A DNA stretch of 32,000 nucleotides from Archaeoglobus fulgidus DSM 4304 (GCF_000008665.1 NC_000917.1:2146401-2178400), one strand, 5' to 3'; numbered from the stretch's first letter, positions 1 to 9,696 are shown. Program-made: numbers and translations. The notes: a model not told the origin generated them from the letters alone.

Positions 1-1206
1 GCATTTAAGCAGGTCACTGCAAGACTTAGGGAGCTTGAGAGCATAGGCCACGACGTTAGCAAGGTTGAGATAATCGTGATGGGCGGAACCTTTCCCGCGA
101 GAGACGCTGATTACAAGGAAAAATTCATGCTGGGTATTTTCAACGCTCTCAACAGCTTTAACAGCAACACCAAACCCGAAAATGACCTGGAAAGGGCGAA
201 GAGGAAGAATGAGAGGGCCAAGGCGAGGTGCGTTGGGATAACATTCGAGACCCGGCCGGATTATGCGAGAGAGGAGCACATAAGGGAGATGCTGAGGTTC
301 GGCGGTACAAAGGTTGAGCTGGGCGTTCAGAGCCTTTACGATGACGTGCTGGAGAGAATAAAGAGGGGACACGGGGTTAAGGAAGTTGCGGAGGCAACGA
401 GACTGCTCAGGGACTCAGCCTTTAAGGTCGGCTACCACATCATGCCCGGACTTCCGGGGTCGAGCTTTGAAAGAGACCTGAGAATGTTCAGAGAGCTTTT
501 CGAGAACGATAGCTTCAAGCCGGATTACCTCAAAATTTACCCTACTCTTGTCGTTGAGGGGACGGAGCTTTACGAGATGTGGAAGAGAGGGGAGTATGAG
601 CCATACACAACTGAAGAGGTGGTGGAGCTAATCGTAATGGCAAAGCGTCGCTTTCCCGAGTGGGTGAGGGTTCAGAGGATTCAGCGCGACATTCCCGTTA
701 AGGCGGCAATAGGCTTGGACAAGGGCAACATCAGGCAGCTTGTCCACAGAAGGCTGAAGGAGATGGGATACAGCTGCAGGTGCATTCGCTGCAGGGAGGT
801 TGGACACAAAGGGGTGAGGCCCGAGGAGTACTCCAAAGCCGAGCTTGTTGTAAGAGAGTACGTTGCATCCGAAGGTAGGGAGTTCTTCATATCCTTCGAA
901 ATACCCGAGTACGATGCGCTTGTCGGCTTTGTGAGGCTGAGGTTTCCCAAAGAGCCTTTTATCGAGGTGTTGAGAGATGCTGCTCTAATTAGGGAGCTTC
1001 ACGTTTACGGCAGGGCTGTGCCGATTGGGCAGAGCAGCGACGCCTTCCAGCACAGGGGGTTTGGTGAGAGGCTGCTGAAAGAGGCTGAGGAGATTGCGAA
1101 GGAAGAATACGACAGAATTGCGGTAATCAGCGGTGTGGGTGTGAGGGATTACTACAGAAAACTTGGCTACAGGCTCAGACAAGGATACATGGTCAAGAAA
1201 CTGTAG
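1..1206 (+). CDS. elp3: Elp3-family tRNA uridine-34 modification enzyme (radical SAM + GNAT acetyltransferase), 5' truncated by window edge
   Basis: Frame 1 is open from base 1 (AFKQVTARLRELESIGHDVSKVEIIVMGGTFPARDADYKEKF...), so the track start at 76 is internal. Motifs: GGTFPARDADYKEKF, CVGITFETRPDYA, GYHIMPGLPGS, Cys cluster CRCIRCREVGH, C-terminal GNAT-like HRGFGERLLKEAEEIA..YYRKLGYR. Confidence 0.96.
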   Translation, partial: AFKQVTARLRELESIGHDVSKVEIIVMGGTFPARDADYKEKFMLGIFNALNSFNSNTKPENDLERAKRKNERAKARCVGITFETRPDYAREEHIREMLRFGGTKVELGVQSLYDDVLERIKRGHGVKEVAEATRLLRDSAFKVGYHIMPGLPGSSFERDLRMFRELFENDSFKPDYLKIYPTLVVEGTELYEMWKRGEYEPYTTEEVVELIVMAKRRFPEWVRVQRIQRDIPVKAAIGLDKGNIRQLVHRRLKEMGYSCRCIRCREVGHKGVRPEEYSKAELVVREYVASEGREFFISFEIPEYDALVGFVRLRFPKEPFIEVLRDAALIRELHVYGRAVPIGQSSDAFQHRGFGERLLKEAEEIAKEEYDRIAVISGVGVRDYYRKLGYRLRQGYMVKKL

Positions 1207-1225
1207 CTATTCGAGAAGTGTCACC

Positions 1226-1444
1226 TCACTTCGGCTCTCTCCTCCCCGAAACGAAGTCCTTCGCGGCGACAACAATTGGACAGTAAGGAGGGCAGTTCTT
1301 GGAAACATGAATCCTGCAGAAAAGCCTTCTTGAACAGTCAACTACTCTATAGCTGAGAGTTTCGGGATACACTATCATTAGAGCTCTTGTCCTTTTTCCG
1401 GTGACGGCGAGCTTTACGGTTTTCGGTTCCATCGGCTGAAGCAT
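1226..1444 (-). CDS. Possible small cysteine-containing protein, unknown function
   Basis: Reading the bases, MLQPMEPKTVKLAVTGKRTR... is encoded on the minus strand (CAT at 1442-1444), although the track labels it +. Codon choice looks native, it has 4 Cys (VDC, LFC, NCPPYC), and an AT-rich TATA-like CTATATTTG lies upstream on the minus strand. No family recognised. Confidence 0.4.
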   Translation of the reverse strand: MLQPMEPKTVKLAVTGKRTRALMIVYPETLSYRVVDCSRRLFCRIHVSKNCPPYCPIVVAAKDFVSGRREPK

Positions 1445-1707
1445 TGCAAAAAGTAAGTGGAGGCAAATATAGGCTTTTTTTACAAATCAGTGATTTAATC
1501 ATTGTAATTACGTCGGCCGTATTTCGTTTTTGCAAGAAAATCACATGCCAGCTTAATTATTAATTAAAACGCTTTTGCGAACTTTTTTATTAAGTAAACT
1601 TTGTTAGGTATGGTTATTTCTATTTCGCAATTACAGGCTCTACCAAAACCTTTTTAATTAGGTATTGGTAATTACCATTACAATAATAATGTACGCGAGG
1701 TGGTCTC

Positions 1708-1998
1708 GTGATAGACGTCGATACACTCTTTGGAAGAAAGCCGGATGGGGAAAGCCAGAAAATTTTGAAAGTTATTTCCCGCAGTGGGATGAGTAACATC
1801 CTTTTCAGCCTTGAAAAGGCTCCCCTCCGGTTTTCTCAGCTGATGTTTGAGACGAAGCTGAATCCGGGAATTTTGGACAGGCACTTAAAGGCTCTGATGC
1901 AGCTGAACATTGTTGAGAAGAACAGCGATTCGTACGAGCTTACACCGAGCGGAAAGCGGCTCGTGAAAATTCTTGAGCAACTCTTTTCAATTGTGTAG
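1708..1998 (+). CDS. Winged-helix (ArsR/HxlR-like) DNA-binding protein
   Basis: GTG start after GAGGTGGT. Fold-typical pattern SGMSNILFSLEKAPLRFSQLMFETKLNPGILDRHLKALMQLNIVEKNSDSYELTPSGKRLV. Confidence 0.8.
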   Translation: MIDVDTLFGRKPDGESQKILKVISRSGMSNILFSLEKAPLRFSQLMFETKLNPGILDRHLKALMQLNIVEKNSDSYELTPSGKRLVKILEQLFSIV

Positions 1999-2096
1999 TT
2001 GTGAGATGATAAATTATTATACTTTTTTTTAAAATTTAAGGTTTCTCCAATCCTTCTGCATCGATAAGTTTAAGTAGTGTGGGGAGAACAGAATCT

Positions 2097-2375
2097 ATGT
2101 CTGGCCAGTTTGGCAAAGAAGAACTCGTCCATTTGCATTTGCTTCTTTTCCACGTGAAAAAAACTTTTGAGTGCTACGGTATCGAGAACGAATACTTCAA
2201 CGAATACGACAGATTGAACATCTCCCCTGTGCAGATTTTCAGACAGAAAAACGAACATCAGGAGGCCATTTTCAAGCTCTGCATGGGGATAATGAAGGCC
2301 ATGGGAAAGGAAAGGGAAGCCGAGGAGCTCTGCAAGAGCTTGAAGAGGCTGGCAATGGTGAGAGCGACGTATTAA
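2097..2375 (+). CDS. UPF0058 family protein
   Basis: MSGQFGKEELVHLHLLLFHVKKTFECYG...YDRLNISPVQIFRQKNEHQEAIFKLCMGI matches the UPF0058 pattern. The track start at 2079 is probably upstream of the true ATG at 2097. Confidence 0.75.
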   Translation: MSGQFGKEELVHLHLLLFHVKKTFECYGIENEYFNEYDRLNISPVQIFRQKNEHQEAIFKLCMGIMKAMGKEREAEELCKSLKRLAMVRATY

Positions 2376-4678
2376 GGGAAATACCTGATTTCGATAACAT
2401 CGGTGTATTTCCTCCAGTCCGTCTTTCTTTTTACACCTTTTATTACTTTTTCAGCGATGTTGAGCGCTCCAATCCTGTTGAGGGGCTGGTTGTTGTTTCC
2501 GCACTGGTAGCTGTAGGTGCACTTGGGGCAGCCGTCAACTCTTCCGCAATCGCAGCTTTCCAGGATCGTTTTGGAAATCTCAAACGCCCTTCTCAGTCTT
2601 TTGAAGAGGAGCTTTGACAAACCGCTTCCCCCAACGCTCGCGTCGTAAACGAAGATATCCCCTTCAGGTACGGATATACCCCCCATCTCCCTGCTCCCCC
2701 CTCCCGTTATGGCGTCGGTCGTTTCTATTATAACGTGCTCCAGGGCGTGGAAGCTTCCTGCGTAGTAGTCCTCGTAGTCTGCCGGATCCGGGAAGGGGGC
2801 GGAGAATAGGAACCCCTTTGTTTTGAAGGTGTAGCTCACGGGCTCGTCGAGGTAGTGAAAAGCCTTCCTCTCTCTGTCGAAGACGTCTCGCTCAATGTAT
2901 CCGTGAACGAGGTAGTTAATTTCGATTGAGCAGTAAACGGCATTCACAGGCTCCTCAATTTCATCTTCAACTTCAATTATTCTCGGGATGGTCATGTAGA
3001 GCGGGTCTGTTATTTCGTTTCCGTAATCCAGCTCAACGACCTCAGCTCTCAGTCTTTTCAGGTCTAACTCAACGGTTCTGTACCTCACACCGTTGTGCAC
3101 CAAAATGCTTCCCGGAAACAGCTCCTTTACGGCTATCGGTAAAGCCCTCTCCCCTATGTACTTTCCATCGTGGTATATTTTAACCGCATCACCTATTCCG
3201 CGAAAACTGAAAGCTCTGCTCAGCTCTATTGCTTTTGCCGTTGGATGAAAAGCTCCCTCCCTCTCAACGACAATTCCCTGAGCCTGGAGTTTCTGCATGA
3301 TTTCTGCAGACTGTCTATCCAGCTCTTCAAGCCGTACGGGCTTCTCGATGCACATAGAGATGAGCTGGAACTTCATAACCTCCTCGTTGTGCCTCTCAAC
3401 GTAGCCGTTTGCCTCCTCCTTAAAATAGTCCTCAGGCTTTGTCCTGTAGTAGGTGCTTATGGAGTCGTCCTCCCTCAGAATCACTACCCCTACGCTTTCC
3501 TGTCCCTTTCTCCCCGCCCTTCCCACTCTCTGAATCATCTGCCCATACGGAACGAGCTCGGAAACGACAACATCAACATCTCCGATGTCCACTCCGAGCT
3601 CAAGAGTTGGGGTTGAGACAACGATGTTAATCTCTCCCCTCTTGAACTTCGCCTCAACCTCCTCCCTGACCTCCTTCGGCAGCCCGCTCTTGTGTATTGC
3701 CGATTTCAGCCCGTGTCGCCTCAGTATCAGGTTTATAGTCTCAACGCTCTTGTAGCTGTTTCCGAAAACGATAATCTTCCTGTTTCTCAAGGCCGTGACT
3801 ATCTCTCTGACCGCCGAGTAAAGGCTGGGTGTGTAGCGGAAAATGAGGTGGAGTGTCCCCTTCCTGTGCTCTCCAGACACCAGTACGAAGTCTCTGTCAA
3901 ATAGCTCCTCGGCAAATTCGGCGGCGTTTGAAAGTGTGGCCGAAGCGCAGGCTATCTGAAACTCCGCAAACCTGGATAGCCTTTTCACGAGGTAGTGCAT
4001 GTTGCTGCCCAAAACTCCCGTGTAGGTGTGGAGCTCGTCAACCGCGATGAAGCTGAGTTCTCTGCAGATTCTTCTGAAGGCCGGCGTGTTCCTGAGGTGG
4101 TAGTCAACCATATCCGGATTGGTCAGGATGATGTCGCACTTCCCGCTCAGCACAGCCCTTCTTTCCTCTCTGCCGGAATCTCCATCGAATCTCACCGCCC
4201 TCAGGCCGAGAGATGAGGTGTAGAACTTGATTTTTTCCTCCTGGTCTCTTGCGAGAGCTTTGGTGGGGTAAAAGACCATGGCCTTACCGCCGTGCAAAGC
4301 CCTCCAAAGCATTGGAACTGCAAAGGCCTCTGTCTTGCCGAATCCTGTTGGGGCTGTGATGACGACGTCTCTCCCCTCCATAAGCCGAATCATGGCCTCC
4401 TTCTGAAACGGATAAAGCCTACCAATACCCCTTTTTCTAAGGCAGCTGGCAAGCTCTGATGGAAGAAAATCGAGCTCTTCTGTTGGTTTTTCCCTGAAGG
4501 GTCTGAGAACCTTGTAGAGGACTATTTCGTCATCCGTGTCGAAAAGCGGTAAAAGGAACTCTTTGTAGCCAACCTTTTTCAGGAGCTCGAGGTTTCTCTG
4601 CCTTATACTCCGCTTCCTGCACTTGCACCTCCTTTTCAGCATCCCGCACTGAGGGCAGAACAACTCGTCCACTTTCAA
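2372..4678 (-). CDS. DEAD/DEAH-box superfamily 2 helicase with C-terminal Cys-rich (DUF1998/MZB, Hrq1/MrfA-like) domain
   Basis: TTG start. ITAPTGFGKTEAF (Walker A), DELH, ATLSNAAEF, STPTLELGVDIGDVDVVV, QRVGRAGRKGQ; C-terminal CDCGRVDGCPKCTYSYQCGNNNQPL and N-terminal CPQCGMLKRRCKC. Confidence 0.93.
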   Translation of the reverse strand: MKVDELFCPQCGMLKRRCKCRKRSIRQRNLELLKKVGYKEFLLPLFDTDDEIVLYKVLRPFREKPTEELDFLPSELASCLRKRGIGRLYPFQKEAMIRLMEGRDVVITAPTGFGKTEAFAVPMLWRALHGGKAMVFYPTKALARDQEEKIKFYTSSLGLRAVRFDGDSGREERRAVLSGKCDIILTNPDMVDYHLRNTPAFRRICRELSFIAVDELHTYTGVLGSNMHYLVKRLSRFAEFQIACASATLSNAAEFAEELFDRDFVLVSGEHRKGTLHLIFRYTPSLYSAVREIVTALRNRKIIVFGNSYKSVETINLILRRHGLKSAIHKSGLPKEVREEVEAKFKRGEINIVVSTPTLELGVDIGDVDVVVSELVPYGQMIQRVGRAGRKGQESVGVVILREDDSISTYYRTKPEDYFKEEANGYVERHNEEVMKFQLISMCIEKPVRLEELDRQSAEIMQKLQAQGIVVEREGAFHPTAKAIELSRAFSFRGIGDAVKIYHDGKYIGERALPIAVKELFPGSILVHNGVRYRTVELDLKRLRAEVVELDYGNEITDPLYMTIPRIIEVEDEIEEPVNAVYCSIEINYLVHGYIERDVFDRERKAFHYLDEPVSYTFKTKGFLFSAPFPDPADYEDYYAGSFHALEHVIIETTDAITGGGSREMGGISVPEGDIFVYDASVGGSGLSKLLFKRLRRAFEISKTILESCDCGRVDGCPKCTYSYQCGNNNQPLNRIGALNIAEKVIKGVKRKTDWRKYTDVIEIRYFP

Positions 4679-4708
4679 AGTTCGGGGAGAAGTTAAAATT
4701 GGTTTTCC

Positions 4709-5320
4709 TCAGATGTGCAGAAGCTCTGCCGTGGCCTCAAGCATCGCGTCAATGCCCTCTCTGCCCCTCATTATCCTTCCATGCCCCGGGAGGATGTACT
4801 CAGCATCCAGTGACCTCAGCTTCTCAATTGACCTTGCAAGCTCCTTTTTATCGCTGCCGTAGATGTCAAATCTCCCCGGAACTCCGTTCTCGAAAATGAG
4901 GTCTCCTGTTATCGCAGCAGAGTGCTCGGGTAGATAGAAGGTCAAGCTTCCGGGAGAGTGACCGGGAGTTCTCAGAATTTCTATGCCGGTGTTTCCGATG
5001 ATGAAATGCTTACCGAGCTTTATGTCAAGGTTGAAGCGGTACTGGGAAACGGCCATGTCTTTAGAATCAAAACCGAGCAATGCCCCTCTCTCTGCAAAGA
5101 GGACGTTGCTCTCGCAATGGTCTCTGTGGAGATGAGTGTTGAAGACGTAGTTGGCCTCTCCAATTCCATCGTTCCTCATCAAACCCCTCAGATTCGTGTA
5201 GCTCTTGAAGGTGCCCGGGTCGATGACTGCAACTTCCTCATCCGCAATAACGTAGCAGTTTGACGAGTCTCTGAAGGCCCTTCCCCACGTGTAGGCGTAA
5301 ACCCCCTCAAACAGCTTCAC
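4709..5320 (-). CDS. Metallo-beta-lactamase fold hydrolase
   Basis: NTHLHRDHCESN (HxHxDH), TPGHSPGSLTFY, GDLIFENG, LPGHGRIM. Confidence 0.92.
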   Translation of the reverse strand: MKLFEGVYAYTWGRAFRDSSNCYVIADEEVAVIDPGTFKSYTNLRGLMRNDGIGEANYVFNTHLHRDHCESNVLFAERGALLGFDSKDMAVSQYRFNLDIKLGKHFIIGNTGIEILRTPGHSPGSLTFYLPEHSAAITGDLIFENGVPGRFDIYGSDKKELARSIEKLRSLDAEYILPGHGRIMRGREGIDAMLEATAELLHI

Positions 5321-5368
5321 GAATTCACTAAGCGGTAAATATTAAAAGCCTTGCTGCCACTTGATAGC

Positions 5369-5545
5369 ATGGAGAGGAGGCACCTGAAATGCCCGCTCTG
5401 CAGTGGAGAAAAATTCAGGGCTGAAGAGGGAAAGCTGGACAGCAAGTGGGGATTTACGGCCCACAAGGTCCGCATAGCTATCTGCGAGAATTGCGGCTAC
5501 GTCATGATGTTCTACAAAGGCAGGACTATCTGGGACTTCGATTAG
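5369..5545 (+). CDS. Small zinc-ribbon (nucleic-acid-binding-like) protein
   Basis: ATGGAGAGGAGGCACCTGAAATGCCCGCTCTGC read directly on + gives MERRHLKCPLCSGEKF...ICENCGYVMMFYKGRTIWDFD. The track labels 5351..5545 as '-', which does not match the bases. Confidence 0.75.
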   Translation: MERRHLKCPLCSGEKFRAEEGKLDSKWGFTAHKVRIAICENCGYVMMFYKGRTIWDFD

Positions 5546-5994
5546 CGGACGAGAAGGTTGTTGAAGGTGTTCAGGAACATGTAAAGGCTTGCAACGAGGG
5601 CTATTTCCAGCAACTCGTCGTAATCGAAGATTTCAAGGATTTTTTGAATTTCTTCATCCTCCAACTTTCCCTTAGTTATTGCAATTTTTGCAGCAAAGCT
5701 CAGGGCAGCCTTTTCTCTCTCATTCAAAGGTTCAATGCTTTCTCCCATCATTTCCAGCTTTCTGCTGTGGCTGATGAGGCAGGGGTTGCAGTAATTAACC
5801 TTCGAAACTGCGAGGGCAATCTTTTCCTTCAGGATGGGATTTAGCTTTCCTTCAGCCATAATGCTGTCTCTGAATTCAATGAACCGTAAAAGAGTTTCAG
5901 GCCTTCGTGAGAGGATTTTGTAAGCCTCTGGGACCTCTCTTCCCCTGAACCTCTCCTCCAGCATTCTTTCAATGTCCATGGTGTGGCTTGGCAT
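5542..5994 (-). CDS. Carboxymuconolactone decarboxylase/AhpD-like family protein
   Basis: KEKIALAVSKVNYCNPCLISHSRKLE (CxxCxxxH), followed by EREKAALSFAAKIA. Confidence 0.85.
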   Translation of the reverse strand: MPSHTMDIERMLEERFRGREVPEAYKILSRRPETLLRFIEFRDSIMAEGKLNPILKEKIALAVSKVNYCNPCLISHSRKLEMMGESIEPLNEREKAALSFAAKIAITKGKLEDEEIQKILEIFDYDELLEIALVASLYMFLNTFNNLLVR

Positions 5995-6036
5995 GGCAGT
6001 TGAAAAGGTTTATGTTGATGCTGCAAGAAAAACGTC

Positions 6037-6741
6037 ATGGAATTTCATGAAATTGATAGGATGGCGAAAAAGCTCGGTGCTGATATCTTTGGAGTGGCGG
6101 ATTTGGACCTTCTCAGAGAGTATGAAACTTTTCCGGAAAACCTTCTGGATAGCTTCGACTTCGGCATCTCCATAGGTGTTAAGCTCCCAGACCCTCTCTT
6201 CGATATGCTGCCGGACTCAAGAAACCTCTACTCCCGCTACTACGTTGTTGCCAACGACATGCTCGACAGAATCGCCTTCGAAATCAGCAGGGCTATTGAG
6301 AGTGAGGGTTACGAGGCTCTGCCGATTCCCGCCTCCAAAGTTCTCAGCGACCTTCACTGGAGGAGCTACGTCTCCCACAAAGCCATTGCCAGAGCTGCAG
6401 GAGTGGGGTGGGTTGGGAGAAATCTGCTCCTAATAACGCCTCAGTTCGGCCCGAGAGTGAGATTAGCAAGCGTTCTAACGGACATGCCCCTGAAAGCTGG
6501 AAAGCCCGCGAGAAACAGATGCGGAGTTTGCAGGGAGTGCATCGATAGCTGCATAACTCAGGCTCTGCGCTACTCTGAGTTTGACGATTATCCCGAAAGG
6601 GATGAGGTTTTTGAGGTGGACAAGTGCGCTGCAAAGCTAAAGGAGTTTGCCAGCAATCCCGACATAGGGACAATGGTGTGTGGTATATGTATCAAGGTTT
6701 GCCCGTGGGGAAAATTGGGAAACAAAACAAAAGGCAATTAA
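6037..6741 (+). CDS. 4Fe-4S double-cluster protein, epoxyqueuosine reductase (QueG)-like
   Basis: CGVCRECIDSCITQAL and CGICIKVCPWGK clusters; SYVSHKAIARAAGVGWVGRNLLLITPQFGPRVRLASVLTD. Confidence 0.82.
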   Translation: MEFHEIDRMAKKLGADIFGVADLDLLREYETFPENLLDSFDFGISIGVKLPDPLFDMLPDSRNLYSRYYVVANDMLDRIAFEISRAIESEGYEALPIPASKVLSDLHWRSYVSHKAIARAAGVGWVGRNLLLITPQFGPRVRLASVLTDMPLKAGKPARNRCGVCRECIDSCITQALRYSEFDDYPERDEVFEVDKCAAKLKEFASNPDIGTMVCGICIKVCPWGKLGNKTKGN

Positions 6742-6763
6742 GGAACGGAGCTTAGTGAATGTT

Positions 6764-7246
6764 ATGAAACAGGAGATTGCGAAAATGGTCAGGGACTGGC
6801 TGGTTGAGGAGGGAATTTACAAGGACAAGGTTGCAGACGAGAATGCAGACTACCACTTTCTGGCTGAGATTCCCCCGAACTCAAGGCAGTTCATCGACGT
6901 TGTTTTCCCGAAGAACAGGGATGACATGGTCGTTGTCGCATCGGGGATAAGGCTTAGTGATGAGCACTACCGCTCCCTGATGAGCTTGAATGCCGAAAAA
7001 AGAAACGAACTGCTGTGGAAAATGCGCTTTGACCTGCTTTTCCTGCCCACAGGCTTTCAGATTCTGCCGAATGTTGACGATCCTCAGCTCTTCCAGTTCA
7101 CGAGGGAGCTTTACTTCGACGGGCTGAACAAGAACCTCTTCATGGATGCTATTAAGCAGGTTCACCGCTGCAAGCTTTACGTTATCTGGACGATGCAGAG
7201 AATTTCCGGAAAGCGTGATGAGCCCGACATGTCCATGTATCGTTAA
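6764..7246 (+). CDS. Conserved archaeal protein, DUF2299-like
   Basis: MKQEIAKMVRDWLVEEGIYKDKV...NADYHFLAEIPPNSRQFIDVVFPKN. The track start at 6680 overlaps the preceding gene; GTG 6755 or ATG 6764 is more plausible. Confidence 0.65.
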   Translation: MKQEIAKMVRDWLVEEGIYKDKVADENADYHFLAEIPPNSRQFIDVVFPKNRDDMVVVASGIRLSDEHYRSLMSLNAEKRNELLWKMRFDLLFLPTGFQILPNVDDPQLFQFTRELYFDGLNKNLFMDAIKQVHRCKLYVIWTMQRISGKRDEPDMSMYR

Positions 7247-7287
7247 TTTTTAAAAAAGTTCATATAGTATGAAATCCTCTCGCCAGT

Positions 7288-8379
7288 ATGGAGTTCGGGA
7301 CTGTTGCGCCAACCTTTCCGCCAATTGAGGAGGTGCCGAAAACAGCAAAGAGGATGGAGGAGAAGGGCTACGATGCTATATGGGTTGCTGACCACCTGAT
7401 GGGCTGGTATCCTCACGATTTGTGGAAGGAAACTATCTTTGCGATGCGCTATCCGTCATGCCACATGTTCTACGATGCTTTCTGCGAAATCTGCTACGCC
7501 GCTCCCGCAACAGAGAAGATAAAGTTCGGGACATCTGTCACTGAGGTTTTCAGGAGACATCCAGCGGTGCTGCTTCAGCAGGCCGTAACGGCCAACCACG
7601 CCACCAAGGGCAGGTTCATTCTCGGCCTTGGTGCGGGAGAGGCTGAGAACATCGTCCCCTACGGAATAGACTTCAGCAAGCCCGTTGCGAGGCTTGAGGA
7701 GGCCGTTGAGGTGATGAAGCTCATGCTGAACAGCGATTACGGGGAGCCTATAAACTACGAGGGCAAGTTCTACCGCCTTGAGGATGCGGTCTTCGACATC
7801 AAGCCAATCAGCGAAATACCCTTCTGGTTTGGGGCTCATGGCAACAGAATGCTGAAGCTAACAGCCAAGCACGGCGACGGATGGCTGCCAACCACGCTGC
7901 CCCCTGAGGTTTACAGGGAGAGGGCTGAGAAGCTCGACAGCTTTGCCAAAGAGTTTGGCAGGGAGCCGGAGGAGATAACAAAGGCCATCTTTGTTAGTCT
8001 GATTGTTGATGAAAAGCCGGAGGAGGTTGAAAAGCTTTTAAAATCCCCCATCCTGAAGGTTCACGCTTTGCTAATGCCCTCCGAGTTTTACGAGATGCTC
8101 GGCTACAAGCATCCCTTCGGCAAGTTTTACGGGCTGCTCGACTACATTCCCACCAAGTACACCAAGGAGCAGATAATGGAGGCCATAAAGCAGGTTCCGG
8201 ATGAGATAATGAGAATAGCCTACATCGCTGGAACGCCAGAGGAAATAGTCCAGCAGTTCGAGCAGTACGAGAAGCTGGGAGTTAGCCACATCGTGATATG
8301 GAATCTGACATACTTTGGCGATGTAAGCAAGATAAAGACATCCTACGCTCTGATAGACGAAATCATGAGTCACTTTTAG
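7288..8379 (+). CDS. Luciferase-like (LLM) F420-dependent oxidoreductase
   Basis: MEFGTVAPTFPPIEEVPKTAKRMEEKGYDAIWVADHLMGWYP, VLLQQAVTANHATKGRFILGLGAGEAENIVPYG, AKHGDGWLPT. Confidence 0.88.
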   Translation: MEFGTVAPTFPPIEEVPKTAKRMEEKGYDAIWVADHLMGWYPHDLWKETIFAMRYPSCHMFYDAFCEICYAAPATEKIKFGTSVTEVFRRHPAVLLQQAVTANHATKGRFILGLGAGEAENIVPYGIDFSKPVARLEEAVEVMKLMLNSDYGEPINYEGKFYRLEDAVFDIKPISEIPFWFGAHGNRMLKLTAKHGDGWLPTTLPPEVYRERAEKLDSFAKEFGREPEEITKAIFVSLIVDEKPEEVEKLLKSPILKVHALLMPSEFYEMLGYKHPFGKFYGLLDYIPTKYTKEQIMEAIKQVPDEIMRIAYIAGTPEEIVQQFEQYEKLGVSHIVIWNLTYFGDVSKIKTSYALIDEIMSHF

Positions 8380-8381
8380 CG

Positions 8382-8413
8382 GGCAAAGTTTTTTTGCCTT
8401 TGCGCCTTTTTTT
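8382..8413 (+). terminator. Candidate transcription terminator after the LLM gene
   Basis: GGCAAA-GTTTT-TTTGCC inverted repeat (8382-8398) with two T7 runs (8389-8395 and 8407-8413), directly downstream of the stop at 8379. Confidence 0.5.
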
Positions 8414-8418
8414 AAACT

Positions 8419-9696
8419 ATGACTTTAATCGAAGATGCAAGGAAGGGAGTTGTGACGGATTTCGTTAAAAAGGCAGCAGAATATGAAGGAATTGAAGCTG
8501 AAAAGCTGATCAGGCTCATCTCTCACGGTTACGTAGTCCTGCCAAAAAATGTGAGGAGGGAAGAAGTCCAGCCGAGGGCAATAGGGATGCTCACCTCCAC
8601 AAAGGTTAACGCCAATGTCGGAACCTCTGCCGACTACATAAACGTTGAGGAGGAAGTTGAGAAGGCCATCATCGCGCAGAAAGCGGGGGCAGACGCTGTT
8701 ATGGACTTATCGTCAGGCGGGGATCTGGATGCGATTAGGAAGAGGATAATGGAGGTCGTTGAGGTTCCCTTCGGCACTGTGCCCATTTATCAGGCAGCAA
8801 GAGACTGCCACAGAGTTGTGGACATGGACGAGGACGACTTTTTCAGGGTTGTGGAGAAGCATGCCAAGGATGGTGTTGATTTTATGACAATTCATGCTGG
8901 CGTGAACTGGGTGAGCGTTGAGAGGCTGAGAAGGTCAAAAAGGCTTCTGGGAGTTGTCAGCAGGGGAGGGGCGATAACCATCGGCTGGATGCTGCACAAC
9001 GAGAAGGAAAATCCCTACTACAAGGATTTCGACTACCTTCTTGAAATTCTCAAGGAGTACGATGTGACAATCAGCCTTGGTGATGCTTACCGCCCCGGAT
9101 GCATCCACGATGCTGGTGATAGAGCAAAATACACGGAGTTCATAATGCTCGGAGAGCTGGTGGAGAAGTGCAGAGAAAAAGGGGTGCAGTGCATGGTTGA
9201 GGGCCCCGGCCACGTCCCGCTTGACCAGATTGAAACATCAGTAAGAGCTATGAAGAGCGTCACGGACAACGCTCCTCTGTATTTGCTCGGTCCACTCGTC
9301 ACCGACATCGCCGCAGGCTACGACCACATTGCAGCAGCAATAGGTGCGGCAATTGCAGGCATGGCAGGGGCGGACTTCATCTGCTATGTAACTCCCTCAG
9401 AGCACCTCGCTTTGCCTACAGTTGAGGATGTCAGAGAGGGAGTTATCGCGGCAAAGATTGCTGCTCACGCCATTGATTTAATAAAAGAGGGACAGAGGGA
9501 GAGGGCAAGGCAGAGGGACTACGAGATGTCCCTCGCCAGAAAGAATCTGGACTGGGAGAGGCAGTTTGAGCTCTCCATTGATCCAGAGAAAGCGAGGGAG
9601 ATTTACAGCAGAAGGAAGTCGGAGAGCGAGGCCTGCAGCATGTGCGGTGACCTGTGTGCGATAAAGCTTGTGAAGGAGGCCTTCGAAAGGGACTAA
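8419..9696 (+). CDS. thiC: Phosphomethylpyrimidine synthase / ThiC family radical SAM enzyme
   Basis: [74 protein letters not shown]-terminal CSMCGDLC. Confidence 0.95.
   Translation: MTLIEDARKGVVTDFVKKAAEYEGIEAEKLIRLISHGYVVLPKNVRREEVQPRAIGMLTSTKVNANVGTSADYINVEEEVEKAIIAQKAGADAVMDLSSGGDLDAIRKRIMEVVEVPFGTVPIYQAARDCHRVVDMDEDDFFRVVEKHAKDGVDFMTIHAGVNWVSVERLRRSKRLLGVVSRGGAITIGWMLHNEKENPYYKDFDYLLEILKEYDVTISLGDAYRPGCIHDAGDRAKYTEFIMLGELVEKCREKGVQCMVEGPGHVPLDQIETSVRAMKSVTDNAPLYLLGPLVTDIAAGYDHIAAAIGAAIAGMAGADFICYVTPSEHLALPTVEDVREGVIAAKIAAHAIDLIKEGQRERARQRDYEMSLARKNLDWERQFELSIDPEKAREIYSRRKSESEACSMCGDLCAIKLVKEAFERD

Noticed and set aside
1207-1707. Mobile-element remnant or tRNA/ncRNA in the largest left-hand intergenic gap
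   Set aside because: No terminal inverted repeats, transposase-like motifs or convincing tRNA cloverleaf could be identified by eye.
2171-2617. 148-aa plus-strand ORF overlapping UPF0058 and the helicase 3' end
   Set aside because: Alternate-frame reading across two supported genes; no family features.
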